The notes under the pieces: generated by a model
Seen by the model: only the letters and a program-made list of their open reading frames with translations
What the model was told of the DNA's origin: nothing
Database searches by the model: none
Translations under genes and position numbers: made by a program
IMG/VR virus record: IMGVR_UViG_3300032266_000400
Coordinates: 1 to 42,087 of that record
DNA from: a virus
Taxonomy: Duplodnaviria; Caudoviricetes
Reading direction: 5' to 3' (one strand)
DNA: 42,087 nt
Shown here: in pieces, positions 16,138 through 25,258 of the stretch
How positions within the stretch are numbered: position 1 is the first letter of the stretch
Layout: each line of letters begins with the position of its first letter

Positions 16138-17171
16138 AGATTTATATATTGTTGATTTATTTTCCAGTATGAATTGCCGCGATAGTTGTCAACTTTTGAT
16201 ATCCAGTCGTTAAACTTATTGAAATTGCCAGCTGGAGCTTCTTTTAGAAAATTAACTACGATATTCAATTCTGAATATTCTTTAAGTTTTTCTATTGTTT
16301 TGGCGCGCATCTCGTCCGTAAGATGTTGAATAGACAAATGATTTGGAATGTCTAATATTCTAAATAAAATAGGTCCTCTATCATTCCACCATTCAATCAT
16401 TTCAGGAATATGATATACATTTAAAATACTCACTACACAATTAATACTTACATTAATTCCTATTTCAATTGCTGTTTCTATATTTTTATTGTTTGTTTTC
16501 CATGATGATAGATATCGTACATAATCACTTACTTCATTAATACCATCTACACTTAAAATAAATTCAACTTTTTTGAATTTACTAAACAAGTCTTTGAATT
16601 TAGAAGGGTCTACGGTGTTGTTTACTATATACACCATTGTTATATTTTTTGCTACATCAAAATCAATTAATTTTTGTAGTAGCTGAGTATGCTGCGGCAT
16701 TAATAGTATTTCACCACCTGCTAACTTAATTCTTTTTAGATTTTTTACAAGTTCCCAAGACAAGTCTATATTTATTTCTTGTTGTTTATCTACAGTTGCT
16801 TTGCCAAATATATTCTTTTCATCCATTATCCATCTAGTACTATTATGACTTCCACAAGTTATACAAGCTAGATTACATAAATTTCCCAAGTATATATCTA
16901 AATTTTCTAATGAAACAACATTGTTGTCAGGTTCACGTTCATTCCAAAGAATACGATGACTTTTTCCACCATGTTGTTCGTGTGTCTGACATTTTTGACA
17001 CCCTGTTGGATTCGCTCTTATGTTATCTAAAGTTTCACTATTAAAAATATCGGCTAAATCACTTAATTTTTCAACATTTTTAACACGTTGATTTTTGTCA
17101 TACCAGCAACAAGGGCCTGCAGCATTTTCGTAAATGTACATATTCCTAAAAGGTGCCATACAATAAGCCAT
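16134..17171 (-). CDS. radical SAM protein with N-terminal twitch-like Cys domain
   Basis: YCMAPF..PCC..CQKC, CNLACITC, AGGE, SVDG. Confidence 0.87.
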   Translation of the reverse strand: MAYCMAPFRNMYIYENAAGPCCWYDKNQRVKNVEKLSDLADIFNSETLDNIRANPTGCQKCQTHEQHGGKSHRILWNEREPDNNVVSLENLDIYLGNLCNLACITCGSHNSTRWIMDEKNIFGKATVDKQQEINIDLSWELVKNLKRIKLAGGEILLMPQHTQLLQKLIDFDVAKNITMVYIVNNTVDPSKFKDLFSKFKKVEFILSVDGINEVSDYVRYLSSWKTNNKNIETAIEIGINVSINCVVSILNVYHIPEMIEWWNDRGPILFRILDIPNHLSIQHLTDEMRAKTIEKLKEYSELNIVVNFLKEAPAGNFNKFNDWISKVDNYRGNSYWKINQQYINL

Positions 17172-17181
17172 AATATTTACC

Positions 17182-17763
17182 TTATCTATAAAATCCAGTA
17201 AGACTTTTTCTACAGTTATTACCTGCTGCTTGATCTACTCTTTCTACTTTGTGAAAGACTTTACCTATAATTACTAATCTATTAGGTTTAGGAGAATAGT
17301 AATTACCATACCCCGGATCTAAAACCATATCAGCTTGAGTGAATATTGACCCATTTGTTTTCCTATCATCTGTCGTAGAAGAATCTGCTACTAAAAGATT
17401 TCCTCCCCAAGTTGATTCCCATCTGTCATGCAAATAAAAGCTATATGATGATAATGATTGATAATCTTGGTGCCAATCTATTTCTGCTCCGGCGCGATAT
17501 ACATGCACCATTAATGAAAATTTAGTACATTGAACTAAATTAGCCTTTGCTAATTTATCAAAAAATACTTTGAAGTGAGTAGGTTCATCACTCCAATATT
17601 TCTTTTCAGTCTTGTATATTTCTCCAGTATTTAATTTATAGGAAGGATCAACCCCGAAAGGTATTCTTTCATACGGTAACGAATCTGCTTCTGTTTTCGT
17701 AATGAGAAATTCTTCGGGGGTTAAAAAATCATCAATGACAATGATATTATCAAAGAGTTTCAT
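17182..17763 (-). CDS. prolyl 4-hydroxylase-like 2OG-Fe(II) oxygenase
   Basis: IIVIDDFL, WHQD, WGGNL, PKPNRLV, FHKV, RKSL; start moved to ATG 17763 because the upstream DNA encodes rubredoxin. Confidence 0.8.
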   Translation of the reverse strand: MKLFDNIIVIDDFLTPEEFLITKTEADSLPYERIPFGVDPSYKLNTGEIYKTEKKYWSDEPTHFKVFFDKLAKANLVQCTKFSLMVHVYRAGAEIDWHQDYQSLSSYSFYLHDRWESTWGGNLLVADSSTTDDRKTNGSIFTQADMVLDPGYGNYYSPKPNRLVIIGKVFHKVERVDQAAGNNCRKSLTGFYR

Positions 17764-17878
17764 AATCTTCTTTGCCACATCCGCACTCAGGGCAAACGTG
17801 GTCGTCAGGTAATTGTTCCCATTTACCTTCAACTGTTTCATCGTGGACATGCCCACATACTATACATACATGTTCCAT
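17750..17878 (-). CDS. rubredoxin, 42 aa (MEHVCIVCGHVHDETVEGKWEQLPDDHVCPECGCGKEDYETL)
   Basis: CxxCG...W..LPDD..CPxCG..K signature; GGAGG SD; follows rubrerythrin by 1 nt; absent from ORF track. Confidence 0.92.
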   Translation of the reverse strand: MEHVCIVCGHVHDETVEGKWEQLPDDHVCPECGCGKEDYETL

Positions 17879-17879
17879 T

Positions 17880-18329
17880 TTACATTTCCTCCAATACTTT
17901 TTGATACGCTGCGGCGTGACGTTTTTCAATCTTGGCTAATGCACTAAAGCGTTTTTCAGCTTTGGTCAATAGTTCTTTGAATTGTTCCGCATGCTCCTTT
18001 GATTCTTCAATTTGCATATTAGCTTCATTGGCAAAAACTAAATTACCTTCGAATTCAGCAGTTTCTTTGAAGTTTGGATACATAGTTTCAAACTCATAAG
18101 TCTCGCCGTCGATTGCCATTTGCAAGCATTCTTTGGTAGTAGGTTTTCCGATTGATAACTCTAAGTGACCCCACGCATGTAGAATCTCTTGGTCTGCTGT
18201 GTGTTCGAAATGTTTTGCGATTTCCTCGTGACCTTCTTCACGGGCGATCTTTGCGAAATAGCGATATTTGGTGTGTGCTTGTGACTCACCTGCAAACGCA
18301 TCTGCTAGGTTTTGCATTGTTTGTGACAT
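17880..18329 (-). CDS. rbr: rubrerythrin (ferritin-like di-iron domain only)
   Basis: NLADAFAGESQA..Y, EILHA, GETYE..MYP, ESKEH. Confidence 0.9.
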   Translation of the reverse strand: MSQTMQNLADAFAGESQAHTKYRYFAKIAREEGHEEIAKHFEHTADQEILHAWGHLELSIGKPTTKECLQMAIDGETYEFETMYPNFKETAEFEGNLVFANEANMQIEESKEHAEQFKELLTKAEKRFSALAKIEKRHAAAYQKVLEEM

Positions 18330-18391
18330 AATTACTCCTTGTGTGTCTATGAGTATATCATACTCAAAAACTATTTATCTAGGAAATTATG

Positions 18392-18688
18392 TCAATCTTC
18401 TTTTATAATCAACCCATTGCTATGTTTGCCTCTAGGATGTTCTACATCCTGATCAAAGCGTTGTTCTTGTATGGTTTTGTGACCAAATACTTTCTCACTA
18501 TGACATAACAGACATTTTGGATTGCCACAATCTAATGCATGATGTTTTGCTAGACGATGCGGTTCTTTGAGAAACTTGTCATGACCTGTATGACCCATCC
18601 TTTTAGCAATATCTAATTGTTTATTGATGGCATTATCGTCCTTAAGCAAGCGTTTGCTATGCTTAATCTTATCTTGTTCAGTACTCAT
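18392..18688 (-). CDS. hypothetical protein with CGNPKCLLCH metal-binding motif
   Basis: ORF directly abutting iscU; Cys/His cluster. Confidence 0.7.
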   Translation of the reverse strand: MSTEQDKIKHSKRLLKDDNAINKQLDIAKRMGHTGHDKFLKEPHRLAKHHALDCGNPKCLLCHSEKVFGHKTIQEQRFDQDVEHPRGKHSNGLIIKED

Positions 18689-19069
18689 TTAATGCTTCTT
18701 TCGGTAATCTTCTATTGCGGCTTTGATGGCGTCTTCGGCGAGGATTGAACAGTGGATTTTGACTGGGGGGAGGGCGAGATGTTCGGCGATGAGTGAGTTT
18801 TTGAGGGTTCCAGCTTCATCCAATGTTTTACCCTTGACCCACTCTGTGACAAGACTTGAAGAAGCAATTGCCGACCCACACCCATATGTCTTAAATTTGG
18901 CATCTGTGATTAACCCCGTTTCTTTATCTACTTTAATTTGCAGTTTCATTACGTCGCCGCATGCTGGGGCACCAACCATTCCTGTACCCACATCTTCATC
19001 TTCTTTACTAAAACTACCCACATTACGCGGGTTCTCATAGTGATCTACAACTTGTTGAGAATATGCCAT
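18689..19069 (-). CDS. iscU: Fe-S cluster scaffold IscU
   Basis: DHYENPRNVG, GAPACGDVM, FKTYGCGSAIASSS, LPPVKIHCS. Confidence 0.97.
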   Translation of the reverse strand: MAYSQQVVDHYENPRNVGSFSKEDEDVGTGMVGAPACGDVMKLQIKVDKETGLITDAKFKTYGCGSAIASSSLVTEWVKGKTLDEAGTLKNSLIAEHLALPPVKIHCSILAEDAIKAAIEDYRKKH

Positions 19070-19191
19070 TATTTAGCCTCTTTACTAAACATTAATAAAA
19101 CTTTTGCTTGAATGTTCTTAGCGAACTGAGGTTGAGGGAAGTTCCATCCGACGAATGCACCTAAAAATAAATATAACAAAGTTTCTAACAT
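19069..19191 (-). CDS. small membrane protein, 40 aa (MLETLLYYFLGAFVGWNFPQPQFAKNIQAKVLLMFSKEAK)
   Basis: AGGAG SD; hydrophobic N-terminus; TAATG coupling to iscU; not in ORF track. Confidence 0.7.
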   Translation of the reverse strand: MLETLLYLFLGAFVGWNFPQPQFAKNIQAKVLLMFSKEAK

Positions 19192-19212
19192 AATATGTCT
19201 CCTGTATTGTAT

Positions 19213-19665
19213 TTAGTCGGTTGAATTATCTTCTACTACAATCCATCCTAATTTGAATAAATCTTTGCGTATTTCGTCGGTAACAACACTTTCAGCTACA
19301 TGCGCTTTAGTCTCAAGTAGCCTTTTCTTTGAATCTTCACTTAAGATATTCCACTGGTCTGCGTCTGCATCGACTATACCACTACAGTACCAATCCATAT
19401 AGTCACCTTCACCCCGAATGTCAGCAAGAATACTACCTGCATGTCTCCAACTGCAACTCCATTTTTTCTCGGTTAGTATAGGCCATACTTCATTACGCAT
19501 GAAGTCATTGTTACACATTGCTGCGTATAGATGCTGGGCATAGACTTTATCAGCTTTAACTTTTTCTATGACCCACTCAGTGGTAACTAAATCATACTCT
19601 AAGTTATCTACTTTAGGGATGAGTATACTATCTTCCTCATCCCAGTCTATCATATCATTTTCCAT
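19213..19665 (-). CDS. hypothetical phage protein
   Basis: ORF with LYAAMCNN, WSCSWR, YMDWYCSG; start at ATG 19665 overlapping the upstream stop. Confidence 0.7.
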   Translation of the reverse strand: MENDMIDWDEEDSILIPKVDNLEYDLVTTEWVIEKVKADKVYAQHLYAAMCNNDFMRNEVWPILTEKKWSCSWRHAGSILADIRGEGDYMDWYCSGIVDADADQWNILSEDSKKRLLETKAHVAESVVTDEIRKDLFKLGWIVVEDNSTD

Positions 19666-20200
19666 CAGTTTTTTTGACTCTTTGCTTACTGTAGAAAATG
19701 TGATTACCAATACGTGCTACTTGTTTGTAGGGCCATGCAGGGTCAACATGTATAGAGTGAAAGAACAATGTTGTCTTTGGAACAACATCTTTGTACATTC
19801 CCATCATTGCTTGATAAGCAACCATTTCAGCTTGCTTATATTTTGCGCTTGATGTATTTGGATCACCTTTGCCTTCGCATACCCAGCTGAACTGACATAC
19901 AACATTTGAATTGATTGTAGTCTTTTGGTAGATTACTTTGCATGGTGTCTCTGCGAATCCATGATTAACACGATTCAATACCACTCTGGCGACGGCGGCT
20001 TGACCAGGCATTGCCTCAGTACCCGCTTCATAATAGATATTTCTTGCCATACACGCAAGTTGCTTCATATCAATTTTCTTTAATGCACTAGTAGTAATTT
20101 CGGGCAAATTGTATAGTGATTGTGTCGGCAAAGGAACGACCATGATTGATAAAAACATCATGGACAGTAACACTATCTTATTTTTTAATGATAAAAACAT
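19655..20200 (-). CDS. SleB/CwlJ-like cell wall hydrolase (Hydrolase_2) with N-terminal TM/signal
   Basis: CMARNIYYEA, AVARVVLNRV, CQFSW, IGNHIFY; ATG 20200 with AAGGA SD. Confidence 0.9.
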   Translation of the reverse strand: MFLSLKNKIVLLSMMFLSIMVVPLPTQSLYNLPEITTSALKKIDMKQLACMARNIYYEAGTEAMPGQAAVARVVLNRVNHGFAETPCKVIYQKTTINSNVVCQFSWVCEGKGDPNTSSAKYKQAEMVAYQAMMGMYKDVVPKTTLFFHSIHVDPAWPYKQVARIGNHIFYSKQRVKKTDGK

Positions 20201-20257
20201 AATTTTCCTTTTCTGTAGTATACTACAGTTTTGATTAATAACCAAATGGTTTGGTTA

Positions 20258-22420
20258 TTAAACCCAGCAATCGCAATTACATGTGATTACATCATTGATA
20301 GCTTGCGCTATAGAAGGCACTGAAGGCAACAGTACCGAAGAATTGTCTATAGTATTTAGCTGAATTGGGATAATGTTTACAGGTTCTGCTAAACTTCCGG
20401 GTATTACTATTGGATCAGGTGCAACTATTGTTGTTGTTTCAGCAGGGTATGCTGGTGCAGCATCAGGTGCATTTAATGGAACATTACTAGGTATATTGTT
20501 GTCTAATGGTATGCCAACTAAGTTCAATCTAGTCTGATTTCTATTTTCACGCATCATTCCCACTATACTTTGTCCAGTTACATTAGCTAAATTACTAATA
20601 GCTTCTAATGTCTGTGCAGCCATATTTGGTTGAGTGTCCAATGCGTAATTAGGTATACTATCTACAAAACTATATATAGTAGTAGGGTATGGATATATTG
20701 TACCTGTTCTAGGGTCAGGCAATATACTTAATCCGTTATATCTAGCCCGCTGTTCTATGTTCAATTGCGTTGCAGTTTGTCTATATAAACTATTAAGTTG
20801 TGTAGCCTGTATTGAAGATACATTCTTTATTGTTGCTATCTCAGCATTGGCTAAATCAATTTGCGCTTGTACTGCTGCATCCAATCCAACACTGGATCCT
20901 TGAGTAGCAGTATATAAGTTTGCGTATATAGTTGCTAATGTTGGTGTTTGTATAGATAATATTAGTGATTGCATCAATTCCCATGGATAAGGTAATCCAG
21001 ACATAGATCCAAAGAAATCACTATATGTATATGTATTACTTGCGCCACTACCCAATGCAATTGCAGTCAATGATGTTTGTGCAAGTGTAGTATCCGTTGG
21101 CACATTTGTACCATTTATTAAATCTAAACCTTGTGTAGTTTCTAGGTTAGCTGCTACTTGAGCAAATTTCTCTATAGGAATATTAGTAATATTTTTTATC
21201 TGTTGCATAGATACAGAGAACGCACCTGCTGCAACTGCAATGTCTGCCGGTAACAAATCTTGTAAGTACGATCCAAATCCTTGAGGAATAACTTGTATAT
21301 TGTTGATACTACTATATCCTGTATAAGATACTTGAGCAGTACCTGCAGGAGATGTTGAGCCTATTTGTGATTTTATAGCTGGCGCAGTCAATCCTGAGTT
21401 CAAACTTCCACTACTCGTGTATATAGGGTAATACGTTTTGCTGTTAGTAGATTGTGTTTGACCTACATTATATACTGGCACTGTTAGTGTCAGATAGCTT
21501 ATAGGGAACATCTTTTTTGGATTCAATAAATCTGCTAATGTTTCTAATCCAGTTGTTTTACAATTCAATGATATCAATATCTCATCCAAATCAACACCAG
21601 CTATTATTAAAAATGCTCCATAAATCATTTGCTGTTGATTAGGAGTTACATTATTATTGCTAGTTGCTCTATCTACATCAGATACAGATAACCCACTAGC
21701 TAATAATGCTATACGCAATGAGGTTGTTAACCCATTGACATTTTTAATAGTAGCTAATAGATTAGAAGGTAATCCAAATGTAGATATAGTTTTTAAGTCT
21801 AATGCTTTACCTAAGTTTATTAAATCTTGTCCAAAGTCAGTTGTTGCTAGACTTACACCAGTTATATCTGCTGTAGTTAAATCATTCATGTTACTATAAG
21901 TACCGGTTAAAAATTCTAAAGAATTTGTTAAAGTCATTATAGCTTGATTTGATTGACTTATATATGAACTAGCTTGTTGAAAAGAACCTAAAAAATCAGT
22001 ATAGTTTGGTAGACTAGAATTATAATTGTATTCGTTATATGCTTGCCAAGCGAATAATCTGTAATACCCGTAACTAGCATTTTGTCCGGTATAAGCAAAG
22101 TTATAACTTTGACTTCCGAAGTATGTGCTAGGGGGACTGTTACCTAATGCAGGGATAGTTGCACTGCCTATTGCTAGTAAATTAGTATAAGTTCCTAATG
22201 ATAAATCACCAGCGTTGTATCTAACATAACCTTGTCTAATTGCATTGGTTAAATTATTAAGAACCGTAGTAGATATTATAGTACCATATGTATAGTTGCT
22301 AATACTTGTACTAGAACCCATGATAGAACTAGTAGGTGAGTTAATTCCTATACCAGTATTTTGCAATAACCCGCTTAATGAGTTAACTCCTAAAGGACTT
22401 TGTTTTCCTGAATCACTCAT
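20258..22420 (-). CDS. putative virion structural (baseplate-region) protein, 720 aa
   Basis: S/T/N/G-rich long ORF coupled (ATGA overlap) to the PAAR gene; C-terminal CNCDCW. Confidence 0.55.
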   Translation of the reverse strand: MSDSGKQSPLGVNSLSGLLQNTGIGINSPTSSIMGSSTSISNYTYGTIISTTVLNNLTNAIRQGYVRYNAGDLSLGTYTNLLAIGSATIPALGNSPPSTYFGSQSYNFAYTGQNASYGYYRLFAWQAYNEYNYNSSLPNYTDFLGSFQQASSYISQSNQAIMTLTNSLEFLTGTYSNMNDLTTADITGVSLATTDFGQDLINLGKALDLKTISTFGLPSNLLATIKNVNGLTTSLRIALLASGLSVSDVDRATSNNNVTPNQQQMIYGAFLIIAGVDLDEILISLNCKTTGLETLADLLNPKKMFPISYLTLTVPVYNVGQTQSTNSKTYYPIYTSSGSLNSGLTAPAIKSQIGSTSPAGTAQVSYTGYSSINNIQVIPQGFGSYLQDLLPADIAVAAGAFSVSMQQIKNITNIPIEKFAQVAANLETTQGLDLINGTNVPTDTTLAQTSLTAIALGSGASNTYTYSDFFGSMSGLPYPWELMQSLILSIQTPTLATIYANLYTATQGSSVGLDAAVQAQIDLANAEIATIKNVSSIQATQLNSLYRQTATQLNIEQRARYNGLSILPDPRTGTIYPYPTTIYSFVDSIPNYALDTQPNMAAQTLEAISNLANVTGQSIVGMMRENRNQTRLNLVGIPLDNNIPSNVPLNAPDAAPAYPAETTTIVAPDPIVIPGSLAEPVNIIPIQLNTIDNSSVLLPSVPSIAQAINDVITCNCDCWV

Positions 22421-22698
22421 GGTACAAAAACATTCTCACTACCTTGGACAATACTATGCCCGCATTGATTGCCTGAACCAACTCTTAGTACCGGATCTCC
22501 TTCAGCAAATACAGTCGGACTACCTTCAGTTGTATTGGGACTATCATGCGGTGGGTGCGGATCTCCCCATGGCGCATGCGGAGATATAGGACTAGGATGC
22601 AATCCAACAGCAATGCCGTTGGCAAACACAGTACCAGCAGCACGAATTATCTTGCCACCTTCTTGATTTGCATCACCTTTCCTACTCAATTTTGCCAT
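22417..22698 (-). CDS. PAAR-repeat spike tip protein (T4 gp5.4-like)
   Basis: RKGD, TVFANG, His cluster, GSPTVFAEG.PV.RVG..CGH..GSENVF. Confidence 0.9.
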   Translation of the reverse strand: MAKLSRKGDANQEGGKIIRAAGTVFANGIAVGLHPSPISPHAPWGDPHPPHDSPNTTEGSPTVFAEGDPVLRVGSGNQCGHSIVQGSENVFVP

Positions 22699-22701
22699 TG
22701 T

Positions 22702-22995
22702 TTATCCTAATACAATTTTCTTATCCGGTACTTTAATTCCAGTGGTTGCTTCTAAATACTTCATTTTAATGTTATCATCAGTCTCTGCATAAAGACTAAT
22801 ACTAGTAGTATTTAGTGTGAATTTACCCTTAGGATTTGCAGTAAACATACTAGGTATCATTTGCATACCTTGCTGCCCCGGTGCAATACTCACTGGTTCT
22901 TCGATGATGATATTATCTCTGGTGATATCAACTACTTTGGTAATCAATTCTTCACCGCTGTTCAACTTGATTGTAAAAACTTTTCCTACTTCCAT
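22702..22995 (-). CDS. Sm-like domain phage protein
   Basis: IKLNSGEELI..V; C-terminal Y...TTGI. Confidence 0.65.
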   Translation of the reverse strand: MEVGKVFTIKLNSGEELITKVVDITRDNIIIEEPVSIAPGQQGMQMIPSMFTANPKGKFTLNTTSISLYAETDDNIKMKYLEATTGIKVPDKKIVLG

Positions 22996-23225
22996 TATAT
23001 GCTTTCTGTTAATTTTTTCTTGAGTTCTGTAAACCCACCCACAAGTTCTCCTTCTAGGAAAATCTGTGGAACTGTTCGGGCAGTTGGTACTGCTTCTAAT
23101 AAATCTTCTTTGGTATACCCTTCACCAATCTTCTTTTCTACAAATGCTATCCCTTTACTTGTTAATAACATTTTTGCTTGGTCACAATAAGGACAGTGAT
23201 CTTTGCTCCATACTATAGCTTTCAT
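22995..23225 (-). CDS. glutaredoxin
   Basis: CPYC, TVPQIF, VGGF; ATG 23225 with AAGGA SD. Confidence 0.95.
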   Translation of the reverse strand: MKAIVWSKDHCPYCDQAKMLLTSKGIAFVEKKIGEGYTKEDLLEAVPTARTVPQIFLEGELVGGFTELKKKLTESI

Positions 23226-23235
23226 ATTTTTCCTT

Positions 23236-24339
23236 TTATAAAGTTGGTAGTTGGTCGTAATCAAGACTTTCGCTCATCACTCCCAATACATAATTTGTTG
23301 ATTCATTCTCTTGTAGTGCAGTCTGCTTCTTGCTTGTGTCACTATGTTTGTTGAACCATGGAATAGGTGTACTCTTTGGTGCACTACTTTGATATTTGAT
23401 ACCGATATCTTTCAATGCACTTACTGCTGTATAATCAACAAAGTCTTTCAACACATTAGCATTCAATCCAATGACAGGTCCTTTGTTGAACAAGTAGTCT
23501 GCCCATTGTTTTTCTTCACGAATCACATCCATGTACAATTGATAGACTTCACCTTCGCATTCTTGTTTTGCTTTAACAAATCGTTCATCTTCTTTGACAA
23601 CTTGGTTGATGATATAAGCTGTCCAACCTTTGTGTAGTAATTCATCTTGCAATATCAAACTGATGATATTGCCATTGCCGATAAAGATTTTGTTCTCTAC
23701 CATTGCTAGGCTTGTAGCAAAACTTACCATGAATCTAAATGCTTCTAGTGCGTAACTAGCATTCAATGCTAACCATATTGCTTTGATGTGACTTTCTTCA
23801 CTTACTGATTTTGGATTGGTCTCTTTGAAGCAATTTAATTCATGTAGTTTGTCATAGTACTTACCAATGCTTGATGCCATGTCTACAATCTCTTGTGTAT
23901 CATGTATTGTATTGAATACATCTTTTGGCACGTTATAGATATTACGAATGATATGGCTATAACTCTTGCTGTGAATATTAGTCTCAAAGAATCCCCAATT
24001 ATACATCAATGCTTCTAGTTCTGGGATACTACATACAGGGGTGAACACTTGTGTTGGGCCACGACCTTGCAAACTGTCTAATGCAGTCTGACGTAGTAAG
24101 TTGCTAGTAAAGATATGTTTAACTGCTTCACTGGCTTCTTTGAAGTCATTAGCATCTTTGGTCAAACTTATTTCTTCTGGTTGCCAAAAGAATCCTCGTG
24201 CAGTACTATCAAAGTCTGCGAGTTTTTTATACTTGACTTCTTCAAAACGCTGTATAGTGACCGGACCTTGAGGGTCTAGAAACATTTTACGATTTAAGTA
24301 GTCTGTCTTTGTGTGTAGATTATATTGTGCTTGGCTCAT
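23236..24339 (-). CDS. nrdB: ribonucleotide reductase class Ia beta subunit
   Basis: FFWQPEEI, ALDS, ETNIHSKSY (radical Tyr), EAFRF, DELLH, ALQE..STNY. Confidence 0.97.
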   Translation of the reverse strand: MSQAQYNLHTKTDYLNRKMFLDPQGPVTIQRFEEVKYKKLADFDSTARGFFWQPEEISLTKDANDFKEASEAVKHIFTSNLLRQTALDSLQGRGPTQVFTPVCSIPELEALMYNWGFFETNIHSKSYSHIIRNIYNVPKDVFNTIHDTQEIVDMASSIGKYYDKLHELNCFKETNPKSVSEESHIKAIWLALNASYALEAFRFMVSFATSLAMVENKIFIGNGNIISLILQDELLHKGWTAYIINQVVKEDERFVKAKQECEGEVYQLYMDVIREEKQWADYLFNKGPVIGLNANVLKDFVDYTAVSALKDIGIKYQSSAPKSTPIPWFNKHSDTSKKQTALQENESTNYVLGVMSESLDYDQLPTL

Positions 24340-25250
24340 TTTATTACGCTATCCGCAGATACTTGTATATTGCTGATACTCCAATAGCCACCTGTACTGT
24401 TGCACAATGCACCCCATGAACAACTGTTGTTCCACCATGGAGCACTACCGGGACCAGTCGGACTAAAGCCTTGCCAGAATGATAGATTCAACCAGTAGCC
24501 ATTCTTCATGCTGGTGATCAATGAAGTCATATCTACACTAGCACTACCTTCTGCGCCTGAACCAACACTACTATCATACACTATCACAAAATTACCATTC
24601 TGTGAATATGTTACTGTCATTGTAGGAGTTGTTCCATATGTGAAATCAGTCACCATATCAAAAGGCTTAGTCATGTCAATGATACCAACCATGCTATGTA
24701 GTCCGTTAGTTGCTGTAGGTGAACTAGTCATTGACGAATAGTTAAAGCAACTGTTGTTGGCTGTACTTGCGAATGAATACTCATATCGTTGAGGAGCACT
24801 AGAACCACCTGTACCTAAATGTAATGTAGATTGTGTGATTTTGTTACCATTTGTTTCTATAATATCAATCTCTTGACAGTTCCATTGATTATTGCTACCA
24901 CCTGCATCACAATAGTTAGTGCCTTTGGGTTGAACACTAGGTTGTACTGGATTTGATACCATATAGAAACTAGCGTTAACATAGTTCTGTGATAGTTTTG
25001 ACAAATCAATTGTTGCTTTTACTTGAGTAATGTTTACATATCCTTGTTGTGATACAAGTCTACCTGCTGCACAGTTAGCATTAACACCAAATGTAACTGA
25101 GTTGCCTGATACAACTGGATCAGTTCCACATCCGTTGTAGTCTACTACAAAAGCAGGGGTGAATATAGTTGAGGTTGCAGTAGGAGCTGTTGATGTTTTG
25201 CTACAAGCTGCTAATACTAATACAGTTAATATAACTAATAATTTTTTCAT
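24336..25250 (-). CDS. lipoprotein with glycoside hydrolase family 7-like (clan B beta-jelly roll) domain
   Basis: Lipobox LAAC; IDLSKL..VNASFYMVS, YCDA, CQEIDIIETN, IDMTKPF.MVTDF, GYWLNLSFW, SISNIQV. Confidence 0.7.
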   Translation of the reverse strand: MKKLLVILTVLVLAACSKTSTAPTATSTIFTPAFVVDYNGCGTDPVVSGNSVTFGVNANCAAGRLVSQQGYVNITQVKATIDLSKLSQNYVNASFYMVSNPVQPSVQPKGTNYCDAGGSNNQWNCQEIDIIETNGNKITQSTLHLGTGGSSAPQRYEYSFASTANNSCFNYSSMTSSPTATNGLHSMVGIIDMTKPFDMVTDFTYGTTPTMTVTYSQNGNFVIVYDSSVGSGAEGSASVDMTSLITSMKNGYWLNLSFWQGFSPTGPGSAPWWNNSCSWGALCNSTGGYWSISNIQVSADSVIK

Positions 25251-25258
25251 GTTTTTCC

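Noticed and set aside
17764-17856. N-terminal extension of the 224-aa oxygenase ORF
   Set aside because: This DNA encodes a clear rubredoxin in another frame; the oxygenase more plausibly starts at ATG 17763.
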